From NCBI GenBank assembly GCA_963667785.2, contig CAXXMU010000002.1, forward strand, positions 800,001 to 864,000: DNA of 64,000 nucleotides, read 5' to 3'. Numbering within the stretch: the first letter of the stretch is position 1; every line of letters begins with the position of its first letter. A model generated the notes under the pieces. It had not been told where the DNA came from. It was given only the letters and a program-made list of their open reading frames with translations, and ran no database searches. This DNA is from Alphaproteobacteria bacterium. Its GTDB lineage: Bacteria; Pseudomonadota; Alphaproteobacteria; UBA828. The translations under genes were made by a program, and so were the position numbers. This document shows positions 40,155 through 49,256 of this stretch, piece after piece.

Positions 40155-41554
40155 ATCGAGGCCGCCCGTGCGCGGTCCTCCACCGCGGCCGCGGCGCCTG
40201 CGCGTATGGAGAGCGGCTTGACCGGCGCCTGGCCGCGCAGGCGGCCGACCTCGGCCACGTCGCAGCCGCGCGCGGCGGCGAGGATCTGCGCCGCGGCGGG
40301 GCCGCACACGCGGCCCTGGCAGCGGCCCATGCCGACGCGGGTGAAGGCCTTCGCCCGGTTCAGCTCCGCCGGCTCCAGCGCCCGCCCCTGGCGGATATCG
40401 CCGGCGGTGATGGCCTCGCAGCGGCAGATGACGGTCTCGTCGGGGAGCGTGCGCGCGAGATGGAACGGCGCGGGGAGCGCCCGCTCCAGCGCATTGCGAA
40501 AGCGCATGATGCGCCGCAGCCTGCCGCGAAGCCGCGCCTGCAGCGCACGGTCGATGGCGACGCCGCGATCGGCCAGCAGGGCGAGGGCCGCGAGCCTGCC
40601 GCGAAGCTCGGCAGCGTCGGCGCCTGCGACCCCGGCACCGTCGCCGGCGAGATAGATCGAGCCCTCCAGCGCGCGCCCGTCCTCGTCGGCCTCGGGCAGC
40701 CATTGCTGCGCCAGCGGGTCGAACGCCGTCTCGCAGCCGGCGAGTTCGGCGAGCTGCACCTCGGACTTGACGCTGTAGCCGATGCCGAGGCCGGTGCAGG
40801 CGATGCGCCGCTCGCGCCCGCGGCGGTCGCGATAGCGCACCGCCTCGAGGGCCCGCTCGCCGTCGGCCGCGACCGGCGTGATCCCGGTACGCACGGGGAT
40901 CCCCGCCGCGCGCAGCCAGGTCATGTACCAGAGGCCCTTGGCGAAGGTGCGGCCGCCCCAGAGGAGGCCGGGCAGCACCGGAATCGCCGCGCTGGCGCGG
41001 GAGGTGTCGAGCACCGCCGCCACGCGGGCGCCGGCGTGGACGTACTGATAGGCCACCAGGTAAAGCAGCGGCCCGGTGCCCATGAAGACCACGGGCTCGC
41101 CGATGGCGCAGCCTTGGGCCTTCAGCGCCACCTGGGCGCCGCCCATGGTGAAGACGCCGGGCAGCGTCCAGCCCGGGAAGGGAATCACCTGATCCATCGC
41201 GCCTGTGGCGAGAACGATGGAGTCGAAGGCGATCCGCCCGACGCCGTCCGGGCCGAGCGTGTGCGCGATGCCCTTCTCGATGTTCCAGACGAGGGTGCCG
41301 GGGCGATAGTCCAGCCGGTCTCCCAGAGACGCGAGCGCCGCGTGCACCGACCGCGCCTTGCGCGCCTCGAACCCGTAGAGCGCCTCCGCCGGACGCGTGA
41401 ACCCCTGCGGCGGCTGGCGGTATATCTGGCCGCCGCTCCGCTCAGCCTCGTCGACCACGATCGGCGCCAGACCGTGGGCGACGAGGGTTTCCGCAGCCCG
41501 GGTTCCCGCCGGGCCGGCGCCGACGATCAGGATCGCGCGGTCCTCGCCGCTCAC
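40151..41554 (-). CDS. NAD(P)/FAD oxidoreductase with BFD-like Fe-S domain, HcnB/OoxA-like subunit
   Basis: GAGPAG, GGQIYRQ, PGWTLPGV, ICRCE, GMGRCQGRVC. Confidence 0.87.
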   Translation of the reverse strand: MSGEDRAILIVGAGPAGTRAAETLVAHGLAPIVVDEAERSGGQIYRQPPQGFTRPAEALYGFEARKARSVHAALASLGDRLDYRPGTLVWNIEKGIAHTLGPDGVGRIAFDSIVLATGAMDQVIPFPGWTLPGVFTMGGAQVALKAQGCAIGEPVVFMGTGPLLYLVAYQYVHAGARVAAVLDTSRASAAIPVLPGLLWGGRTFAKGLWYMTWLRAAGIPVRTGITPVAADGERALEAVRYRDRRGRERRIACTGLGIGYSVKSEVQLAELAGCETAFDPLAQQWLPEADEDGRALEGSIYLAGDGAGVAGADAAELRGRLAALALLADRGVAIDRALQARLRGRLRRIMRFRNALERALPAPFHLARTLPDETVICRCEAITAGDIRQGRALEPAELNRAKAFTRVGMGRCQGRVCGPAAAQILAAARGCDVAEVGRLRGQAPVKPLSIRAGAAAAVEDRARAASI

Positions 41555-41865
41555 GGCGCGTTGTCCGGCGCGCGGACGCGCATGCCGTCCCACACCTCCG
41601 TGGTGCAGGCGCGCAGCCGGCTGCCGTCCTCGAGCACGACCCAGCAGTCCTGGCAGGCACCCATGTTGCAGAAGCCCGCGCGCAGGCCGCCGTCGAACTC
41701 GTTGCGGCGAAGGGTCACGCCGTTGCAGAGCAGCGCCGTCAGCAGGGTATCGCCGGCGAGCGCGGACAGCGGCCGGCCGCCGTGGTGGATCGTGACGCCG
41801 GGCCGCCCGGTCTCGGCCAGGCGCACGAGCCGGCAAGCGGCTTCGGTTGAGGACGGTTCGGACAT
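41551..41865 (-). CDS. 2Fe-2S subunit, HcnA-like
   Basis: GFCNMGACQDCWV, RACTT. Confidence 0.87.
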   Translation of the reverse strand: MSEPSSTEAACRLVRLAETGRPGVTIHHGGRPLSALAGDTLLTALLCNGVTLRRNEFDGGLRAGFCNMGACQDCWVVLEDGSRLRACTTEVWDGMRVRAPDNAP

Positions 41866-41933
41866 GGCCGCTCGTGCTGACACGGCGCCCGGCGCGCGTC
41901 AAGCCGGGCGCCCCGCCCCGGCCGGCCGGAGAG

Positions 41934-43109
41934 TCACCCGGCGCCGCCGGGCGCCCGATTCCGCGCGTAGACGCGGCCCTTCCACTCGCTCCGCCGGCCG
42001 CCCCAGTCGCGCAGCGCCGAGTGCCAAGTCATGGCCAGATAGAGCGTCCCGACCAGCGGCATGGCGAGCGCCCAGCCCGGCGCGACGCGGTAGTAGCGGA
42101 GGGTGGGCAGGTAGCAGCCGGCCATGACGGCGAGGCCCGCGCCGGCGGCAGCCTTGGCCGGCAGCGGCCCGGCGAGGCCCGCGAGAGGCGCCCAGAACGC
42201 GAGCGCCATGAGCGCGGTGCAGAGGAGAAGCAGCGTCGGCGAGTAGCGTAGCTGAGTGTAGGCCGTGCGCGCGACCATGTGCCAGACGTCGCCCAGCCCC
42301 GGATAGGCCCGGTGGCTCGCCGCCCCGAGGCTCACACCGATCCAGGTCCGGTAGCCTGCGTCCTTGACCGCCCGCGCCAGCGCGCAGTCGTCGATGAGCG
42401 CGCCGCGGATCGCGGCGAAGCCGCCGATGGCGTCGAGCACCCGGGTCTCCACGAGCACGCAGCCCCCGGCGGCGGCGGCCACGAGACGGCCCGGCCGGTT
42501 CGCGAGATGGAAGGGATAGAGCAGGCGGAAGAAGAAGACGAAGGCGGGCAGCAGGAGCTTCTCCCATCCGCCCGTCATCCTGAGCGCCGCCATGACGGAG
42601 ACCAGCGCCGCGCCCGTCTCCTCCTTCTTGGCGAGCAACGCATGGATCATCCCCGGCTTCAGCGCGATGTCGGCATCCAGCAGCAGGACGAGCGGGGTCT
42701 CGATCCGCCCCCTCCCCTGCTCCAGCGCCCAGAGCTTGCCGCTCCACCCCTCGGCCAGCGCCTCGCCCTGGCAGATCTCGAGTGCGAGTGCGTCCGGCGC
42801 GGCCTGCCCTGCTGCCTCCGCCGTCCCGTCGTCGGAGCGGTCGTCGACCAGGACCACGCGCAGGCGCTGGTCCCGACCCTGGCCCTGGCCGCCGAGCGCG
42901 GCCAGCGTCTCGCCGATGACCGCCGCCTCGTTGCGGGCGGGGATGAGCACCGTGACGCCGTCGAGGCCGCCGGCGACGGCACCCTCCCCGGTCGCCGGCT
43001 CGAGCCGCTCGCGGACGCGCCAGGGCTGCCACGGCAATATCAGGATGCAGAACCAGAGGAAGGCGCCGGCGGCGGCGAAGCCGCTCCAGAGCGTCGCTAT
43101 TGAGTCCAT
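41934..43109 (-). CDS. hpnB: GT2 glycosyltransferase, hopanoid-associated HpnB-like
   Basis: PARNEA, WSGKLWAL, DADI, ALIDDCALA, MVARTAYTQLRYS. Confidence 0.8.
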   Translation of the reverse strand: MDSIATLWSGFAAAGAFLWFCILILPWQPWRVRERLEPATGEGAVAGGLDGVTVLIPARNEAAVIGETLAALGGQGQGRDQRLRVVLVDDRSDDGTAEAAGQAAPDALALEICQGEALAEGWSGKLWALEQGRGRIETPLVLLLDADIALKPGMIHALLAKKEETGAALVSVMAALRMTGGWEKLLLPAFVFFFRLLYPFHLANRPGRLVAAAAGGCVLVETRVLDAIGGFAAIRGALIDDCALARAVKDAGYRTWIGVSLGAASHRAYPGLGDVWHMVARTAYTQLRYSPTLLLLCTALMALAFWAPLAGLAGPLPAKAAAGAGLAVMAGCYLPTLRYYRVAPGWALAMPLVGTLYLAMTWHSALRDWGGRRSEWKGRVYARNRAPGGAG

Positions 43110-43222
43110 CGGCGGGGACCGTGCGCCGCCCCCGATGCCGGCTCAGACCGATGGCGCCGGCTGGGCGGCCACGACAGGCAAATCAGTAGACAACGAGGTG
43201 GTCAAACAGGACGGCGCGGGCA

Positions 43223-43645
43223 TCACTTCTCCCGGCGCTTGATGAGGGTCACCACGTTCTTGCCGTCCTCACGCCGGTAGCTGGCTTCGTCCATGAGCTT
43301 CTGCACGAGATAGACGCCGAGCCCGCCGATCGGGCGCTCAGGGATCGGCGAATCGAGATCGGGCTCCGGCGCCTCGGAGAACGGGTCGTATGGCTTGCCG
43401 TCGTCGACGATCTCCATGGTGAGCGTATTGGTCTCCGAGGTCAGCGTGACCTGAAAGTGATGCTGTCCCCCTTCGTCGTAACCGTACTTGACGATGTTGG
43501 TGCCGATTTCCTCCAGCACGAGCTTGATCTGGAACAGAAGATCCTCGGGCCAAACTTCTGCCTGTGCAAGAATATCGACGGCGGCGTGAATACGCTCGAT
43601 CTCGTCGAGCTCCGCTCGCATGTTGAGTGTAAGGTTCGCGCTCAC
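43223..43645 (-). CDS. Anti-sigma factor / Ser kinase (RsbW-like HATPase_c_2)
   Basis: EEIGTNIVKYGY, DDGKPYDP, IGGLGVYLVQKLMD; start moved to VSANLTL. Confidence 0.88.
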   Translation of the reverse strand: MSANLTLNMRAELDEIERIHAAVDILAQAEVWPEDLLFQIKLVLEEIGTNIVKYGYDEGGQHHFQVTLTSETNTLTMEIVDDGKPYDPFSEAPEPDLDSPIPERPIGGLGVYLVQKLMDEASYRREDGKNVVTLIKRREK

Positions 43646-43957
43646 TATTCGGTCCTCGCTCGGTGGGAGGGTCGCGCGGGCGATGGCGTCACGCTGGCTC
43701 GGTAATACTCCGCTCGAGTATCTGCTGCATCGGACTGCGAAATGCTCTCTCTGCAGGCGCGGAGATCGGACGCGCCAATAGTTCCACGACACGCTGCTAT
43801 ACCTGCACCCGCTTGGCAAGCACCAATGGGGGTTGAAAATTGCTCACGTTGAGGCATGAGGAATTGCGCGCGTTGAGGACGCGCCCGATCGCGCCGAGTC
43901 GGCATGCGCCCGGGCGGATTGCCGCCGGGGCCTTTGCACGCGTCAGGGAAGAAAGGA

Positions 43958-44035
43958 TGGGGCGAGTGATGGGATTCGAACCCACGACCCCCGGAACCAC
44001 AATCCGGTGCTCTAACCGACTGAGCTACACTCGCC
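43958..44035 (-). tRNA. tRNA-His(GTG) with G-1 and encoded CCA
   Basis: Full cloverleaf: GCGAGTG/CACTCGC acceptor stem, CCGGA-TTGTGGT-TCCGG anticodon arm, GTTCGAATC T loop. Confidence 0.97.
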
Positions 44036-44121
44036 GCAGCCGGCTTCACTTAGTGAAGGCCGGGTGCGGCGTCAAGCGGACGAGGGGCGTGCGGGCCGAT
44101 TCGCTCAGGCCGCGGTGGGGG

Positions 44122-45831
44122 ATGCGCCTGGCGCTCGCCGCGTTGCTGCTTCTCGCGCTGGCAGGCGCGGGAGTGCTCCCGGCACCGCTCGCGGCCGATA
44201 CCCCTGCCCGCGCCGAGCGCGCGATGATCGCGGCGGCGCACCCGGCGGCGGCCGAGGCCGGCGCCCGGATCCTCGAAGCCGGCGGCGATGCCATCGACGC
44301 GGCGATCGCGGCCCAGATGGTCCTCGGCCTCGTCGAGCCGCAGTCGTCCGGCGTCGGCGGCGGCGGGTTCCTTCTCTACCACGACGCGGAACGGGGTAGC
44401 GTGGAAAGCTACGACGGGCGGGAGACGGCGCCGGCCGCCGTCGACGAGCGCCTCTTCCTCGCTCCCGACGGCACCGCGCGCTCCTGGCTCGAGGTCGCGG
44501 TCGGCGGTCTCCCCGTCGGCGTGCCGGGCGTCGTGCGGATGCTCGAGCGCGTGCACCGCGCGCACGGGCGAACGCCCTGGGCGCGGCTCTTCGAGCCTGC
44601 CGCGGCGCTGGCAGAGCACGGCTTCCTCATCTCGCCACGGCTCGCGCACATGATCGAGCGCAACCCCGACCTGGCGCGCTGGCCGGGCGCCCGCGCCTAC
44701 TACTTCCACCCGGACGGGAGGCCGCGGCGCGCCGGCGAGACGCTGGTCAACGCGGCCTACGCCGAGACCATGCGCGCGATCGCCCGGGACGGCGCCGACG
44801 CGCTCCACGAGGGGCGGATCGCCGCCGAGATCGTCGCCGCCGTGACGGACGACCCTGTCAATCCGGGCGCGCTCTCGCTCGCCGACCTCGCCGACTACCG
44901 CGCTCACGAACGGCCCCCGGTCTGCCTCGACTATCGGCACCACCGCGTCTGCGGCGCGGGCCCGCCGAGCTCGGGCGGGGTGACGGTGCTGCAGATACTG
45001 GGCCTGCTGGAACACTTCGATCTCGCGTCTCTCGCGCCCGGCTCGGTGGAGGCCGTCCACCTGATCAGCGAGGCGAGCCGTCTCGCCTTCGCCGACCGCA
45101 ACCGCTATCTGGCGGACTCCGACTTCGTGCCGGTGCCGGTGGCGGGTCTGCTCGATGCCGACTACCTCGGCGCGCGGGCCAATCTGATCGACCCCACGCA
45201 GGCCATGGACGAGGCCGCGCCGGGCCTGCCGCCGGGCGCAGACGGCCTCGACCGGGCCGATGCGGCCGCGCCGGAGCACGCCTCCACCAGCCATCTCTCG
45301 GTGATCGATGCGCGCGGCAATGCCGTCTCCTTCACGACGAGCGTGGAACGGGCGTTCGGCTCGCGACTCATGGCGGCCGGGTTCATGCTCAACAGCCAGC
45401 TCACCGACTTCTCCTTCGCGCCGGAGGACGCGCAGGGGCCGGTGGCGAACCGGGTGCAGGCAGGCAAGCGGCCGCGCTCGTCGATGGCGCCGACACTGAT
45501 CCTCGACGGCGACGGCAGGCTCGTGGCGGCCCTCGGCTCGCCGGGGGGCTCCCGCATCATCGGCTTCGTCGCCCAGTCCGTCATCGCCCTCCTCGACTGG
45601 GGCCTCGATGCCCAGGCCGCACTCAGCCTGCCGCGCCACGTCAACCGGAACGGCGCGACCGAGCTGGAGGCCGGCACCTCGCTGGAGCGGCTGGCGCCCG
45701 CCCTGGAGGCGCTTGGGCACGAGGTTCGCATCGGGCCGATGGTGAGCGGCCTGCACGCGGTGCGCCGTGTCGGAGGCGGCCTGGAAGGCGGCGCCGACCC
45801 GCGCCGCGAAGGCATCGCGCTGGGTTACTGA
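44122..45831 (+). CDS. ggt: Gamma-glutamyltransferase
   Basis: Signal peptide; EPQSSGVGGG, DGRETAP, TSHLSVID (catalytic Thr), KRPRSSM, GSPGGSRI. Confidence 0.93.
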   Translation: MRLALAALLLLALAGAGVLPAPLAADTPARAERAMIAAAHPAAAEAGARILEAGGDAIDAAIAAQMVLGLVEPQSSGVGGGGFLLYHDAERGSVESYDGRETAPAAVDERLFLAPDGTARSWLEVAVGGLPVGVPGVVRMLERVHRAHGRTPWARLFEPAAALAEHGFLISPRLAHMIERNPDLARWPGARAYYFHPDGRPRRAGETLVNAAYAETMRAIARDGADALHEGRIAAEIVAAVTDDPVNPGALSLADLADYRAHERPPVCLDYRHHRVCGAGPPSSGGVTVLQILGLLEHFDLASLAPGSVEAVHLISEASRLAFADRNRYLADSDFVPVPVAGLLDADYLGARANLIDPTQAMDEAAPGLPPGADGLDRADAAAPEHASTSHLSVIDARGNAVSFTTSVERAFGSRLMAAGFMLNSQLTDFSFAPEDAQGPVANRVQAGKRPRSSMAPTLILDGDGRLVAALGSPGGSRIIGFVAQSVIALLDWGLDAQAALSLPRHVNRNGATELEAGTSLERLAPALEALGHEVRIGPMVSGLHAVRRVGGGLEGGADPRREGIALGY

Positions 45832-45867
45832 GCGCGCCGCAGCAGCGCAAGGCCCGCGCCGCCCGGC

Positions 45868-47298
45868 TCAGGCGGTGCCGCGCTCGGGCGAGGCCGGCAG
45901 GCGCAGCCGGAAGACCGTGCCGGCGGGCCCCGAGCTTTCGAGGCCGATATCGCCGTCGTGGTTGCGCATGAGATCGCGCGCGATGGCGAGGCCGAGGCCG
46001 GTGCCGTCGCCGCGGCCGCCGCTGGCGAAGACCTCGAACAAATGGTCGCGCACCTCGGCGGGAAGGCCGGGGCCCGTGTCGGCGATCTCGACGATGGTGT
46101 CGGTTCCGTCCGGCCAGGCGCCGATTCGCACGGTGCCGCCCCCGCCGCAGCGCGCCAGCGCCTCGACGGCATTCTGTGTCAGGTTGATGACGACCCGGTA
46201 GAGCTGATCGCGGTCGGCGCTGACCGCGAGCCCCGGCGGCACCTCGTTGCACCAGACGCACCCGTCGCCGTCGCCGAGCGGAAGCGCCGCCCCCACCTCG
46301 TCGACCAGCGGCGCCAGCGCGAACGACGTGCGGCGCGGCGCGGGCAGCAGGCCGGTCGCGAAGCTCAGCGTCTGGGTACAAAGCGCGATGGCCCTGTCGA
46401 TCGCGGCAACGAGGGGCAGCGCCAGCTTCTGCACGTCCGGATCGCGGGCCGCCGCCAGGCGATCCGTCAACACCGCCGCGGTCGCCAGCATGTTGCGCAG
46501 ATCGTGGTTGATCTTGGCGACGCCGGCGCCGAGGGTCGCGAGCCTCGCCTTCTGGCGGAGCGCGGCGCGCACGCGCCGCTGCATGACCTGGAGCTCCCGC
46601 TGCGCGAGCCCGATCTCGTCGCGCCGGCCGCTGACCCTCACGGTCGAGGCGGCGTCCTCCGGCGCGCGCCGGAACGAGACCAGACTGTCGGTCATGCGGC
46701 CGAGCGGCAGCACCATCAGCCAGTGCAGCGAGAGATAGACGAGGCCGGCCACGATGAAGGCGAGGACGATGGAGAGGATGAGAATCCGCTCCGAGTAGTC
46801 GAGCATCGACGCGAACATGGGGGCTTCCGGCAGCATGATGTCGACGACCGTGTCGGCGGGATCGCCGGGCGCGGTCCCCATCACCCGAATCGTCCGATCG
46901 CCGCCGTGGCGGAGCGTGTCCGCCGCGTGCCCGATCAGGCCGAGCGGGGTCGCCTCGCGCAGGTCGAAGCTCGCGTCGATCTCGGCCGGCATGTCGTCGC
47001 CGAGCACCAGTATCCGCGTGCCCGGCCGCTTGAGGGACACCGCGCTGACGCCGGCGCGGTCCAGGAGGGCGGCGCGCAGCTCCTCCGTCACCATGCCGTC
47101 CGGCGACGCCTCGACCGCCAGCGCCGCGATCCGCGCGGCGTCGATCCGCTCCTCGAGAAAGACCAGGCGATGGCGCGCGATCGAGGGGACGTAGATCAGC
47201 ACTTCGCCCAGGAGGACGAACAGTATCGTGAGGACCAGCAGCCGCGCCGAGAGTCCGCGGGCCGCGCGCGACAGGACGGTAAGGGTAAACCCAGCCAA
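45868..47298 (-). CDS. HAMP-domain sensor histidine kinase
   Basis: Two TM segments, RRDEIG, INHDLRN H-box, DTGPG, GTGLGL. Confidence 0.9.
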   Translation of the reverse strand: MAGFTLTVLSRAARGLSARLLVLTILFVLLGEVLIYVPSIARHRLVFLEERIDAARIAALAVEASPDGMVTEELRAALLDRAGVSAVSLKRPGTRILVLGDDMPAEIDASFDLREATPLGLIGHAADTLRHGGDRTIRVMGTAPGDPADTVVDIMLPEAPMFASMLDYSERILILSIVLAFIVAGLVYLSLHWLMVLPLGRMTDSLVSFRRAPEDAASTVRVSGRRDEIGLAQRELQVMQRRVRAALRQKARLATLGAGVAKINHDLRNMLATAAVLTDRLAAARDPDVQKLALPLVAAIDRAIALCTQTLSFATGLLPAPRRTSFALAPLVDEVGAALPLGDGDGCVWCNEVPPGLAVSADRDQLYRVVINLTQNAVEALARCGGGGTVRIGAWPDGTDTIVEIADTGPGLPAEVRDHLFEVFASGGRGDGTGLGLAIARDLMRNHDGDIGLESSGPAGTVFRLRLPASPERGTA

Positions 47299-47393
47299 GA
47301 CGTCTCGAGGCGATCGCCTGTTGTCTCTCTCGCCCGACTATAGAGCGGGCGCCGCGCGCGCGCCACGCCGGCCGCGCCGGCCAAGCGGGGCGT

Positions 47394-48815
47394 CTATCCC
47401 AGGCGCTGGAGCATGCGCACGATACGGCGCGTCCTGGCGCCAAACAGCACGGGCGTGTGGAAGCTGCCTGCGGCCCTGGCGCTCGCCTCGCTCAGGGTGG
47501 GATAGGGAACGATCGCCTGCGAGAGCTTGCCGACGCCCAGTCGGTGCTTCACGGCGAGCACCCAGGGCAGGATCAGCTCGCCGGCATGGCGGCCCACGAT
47601 GGAGGCGCCCAGCACCCGGCCGCGCCGGGTCGCCACGACTTTCACCAGTCCCTCGGTCGCGCCCTCGGCGATGGCCCGGTCGTTCTCCTCGAAGGGGAAG
47701 CGCAGGATGCGCGGCTCTTCGCCCTGCGCCCGCGCCTCCGCCTCGCTCAAGCCCACATGGGCGAGTTCGGGATCGGTGTAGGTGACCCACGGCACGGCGA
47801 CGTAGCGCGCCTTCGCGGGGATGCGGAAGAGCGCGTTGGTCAGCACGATCCGCGCCTGATAGCTCGCCGTGTGGGTGAAGCGGTAGGGGCCGACGACATC
47901 GCCGATGGCGTAGATGCGCTTGTTGGTCGTGCGCAGGCGACGGTCGACCAGCACCGCACCGTCGCTGAGCGCCACGTCCGCGCTGTCCAGCCCGAGATCG
48001 TCCACGTTCGGTCGCCTTCCTGCCGCCACCAGAAGGTGCGAGCCCTCGATCCGCCGGCTCTCGCCGCCGCCCTCGCCGCCCGCCCTATAGGTGAGCGCGA
48101 TCCCGCCGTCGTCGCCAGCGCCGACCGCGGTCACGGTCGACTCCTCGCAGACCGTCACGCCCTCCTCCACCAGCCGCGCGCGCACGATGGCCGCGAGCTC
48201 CGGGTCGTCGCGCCCGAGCACCCGCCCCTTCTCGACCAGCGTGACCTCTGCGCCGAGGCGGCGGTAGGCCTGCGCCATCTCGACGCCGACGGGGCCGCCG
48301 CCGAGCACCAGCAGGTGGCTCGGCTCCGGCGCCGAATCGAACAGCGTCTCGTTGGTGAAGTAGGGGACCGTGTCGAGACCGGGGATATCGGGCACGCGCG
48401 GGCCGGAGCCGGTGGCGATGACGAAGCGCCGCGCCGTCACGCTGGTATCGCCCACCTCCAGGAAGCGGGGTTTGACGAATCGGGCCTTGCCGAACACCAC
48501 GTAGGCGCCGAGGCGGCGGAAGCGCTCGGCAGAATCGTGGGGCTCGATCGCGGCGATCGCGCCGCGCATGTGGTCGTAGGCGGCGGCGAAGTCGTCGCCC
48601 CGCGCTGCCGCCGCGAGCAGGGCCTTGGACGGAACGCAGCCGGTGTTCAGGCACTCGCCGCCCATCCGGGACTGCTCGATCAGGATGACCGAGGCGCCCA
48701 TCTGGACGGCACCCGCGGCCAGCGAGAGGCCGCCCGATCCGGCCCCGATCACGCAGAGGTCGGCCTTGATCCTGTCGGTTATGGTCCCGGACCGGTTCAC
48801 GCCCTCTGCTCCCAC
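47394..48815 (-). CDS. Pyridine nucleotide-disulfide oxidoreductase (dihydrolipoamide dehydrogenase/MerA-like family)
   Basis: GAGSGG, GGECLNTGCVPSK, PYPTLSE; no C-terminal Cys pair. Confidence 0.85.
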   Translation of the reverse strand: MGAEGVNRSGTITDRIKADLCVIGAGSGGLSLAAGAVQMGASVILIEQSRMGGECLNTGCVPSKALLAAAARGDDFAAAYDHMRGAIAAIEPHDSAERFRRLGAYVVFGKARFVKPRFLEVGDTSVTARRFVIATGSGPRVPDIPGLDTVPYFTNETLFDSAPEPSHLLVLGGGPVGVEMAQAYRRLGAEVTLVEKGRVLGRDDPELAAIVRARLVEEGVTVCEESTVTAVGAGDDGGIALTYRAGGEGGGESRRIEGSHLLVAAGRRPNVDDLGLDSADVALSDGAVLVDRRLRTTNKRIYAIGDVVGPYRFTHTASYQARIVLTNALFRIPAKARYVAVPWVTYTDPELAHVGLSEAEARAQGEEPRILRFPFEENDRAIAEGATEGLVKVVATRRGRVLGASIVGRHAGELILPWVLAVKHRLGVGKLSQAIVPYPTLSEASARAAGSFHTPVLFGARTRRIVRMLQRLG

Positions 48816-49246
48816 GCGCCGCCCTCGGTCTGTTCCCAGTAGGTGACCGTGTCGCCCCGGTCCTTGTGCGCGCGCCAGCGGGCACGAGCCGCCTCCAGCG
48901 CCTGCGGGTCCGTGCCGTCGAACATGTCGAGGCAGCGCTCGAAGCGGTCGAGATCGGAAGGGGCGATGCCATCCACCATGACCACTATATGGGCACCGTT
49001 GGGCACCGCGTCATCGGCCGACAGCAGGATCGGCTGGCGCTCGGGCCGGCCGCCCCGCACCGTGCCGTGGGGCAGGAACGAGCCCTGCTCGTAGGTCCAG
49101 AGCGCAGCATCGAGGGCGTCCGCGCGCTCCTCCGAGCCGGTCAGCACCATCGCGCGGCGGCCGCTCTCCAGCACCTTCTCCAGCAGCTTGGGGAGCGCCT
49201 TCTCCAGCGGCGTGCGACGAAGCTGGTAGAAGGCGATCTCGGCCAT
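48797..49246 (-). CDS. holC: DNA polymerase III chi subunit
   Basis: FYQL, LPKLLEK, LWT, FLPHG, ARARW; follows pepA. Confidence 0.92.
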   Translation of the reverse strand: MAEIAFYQLRRTPLEKALPKLLEKVLESGRRAMVLTGSEERADALDAALWTYEQGSFLPHGTVRGGRPERQPILLSADDAVPNGAHIVVMVDGIAPSDLDRFERCLDMFDGTDPQALEAARARWRAHKDRGDTVTYWEQTEGGAWEQRA

Positions 49247-49256
49247 CGCGCCTGTG

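Noticed and set aside
39021-41865. Definite hydrogen cyanide synthase
   Set aside because: The architecture is shared with opine and hydroxyproline dehydrogenases; nothing in the window discriminates between them.
43223-43957. Genomic island integrated at tRNA-His
   Set aside because: The region is slightly AT-richer, but no integrase and no duplicated tRNA 3' end were found in the window.
47394-48815. Mercuric reductase MerA
   Set aside because: Lacks the C-terminal Cys-Cys pair and the N-terminal HMA domain; no mer genes nearby.
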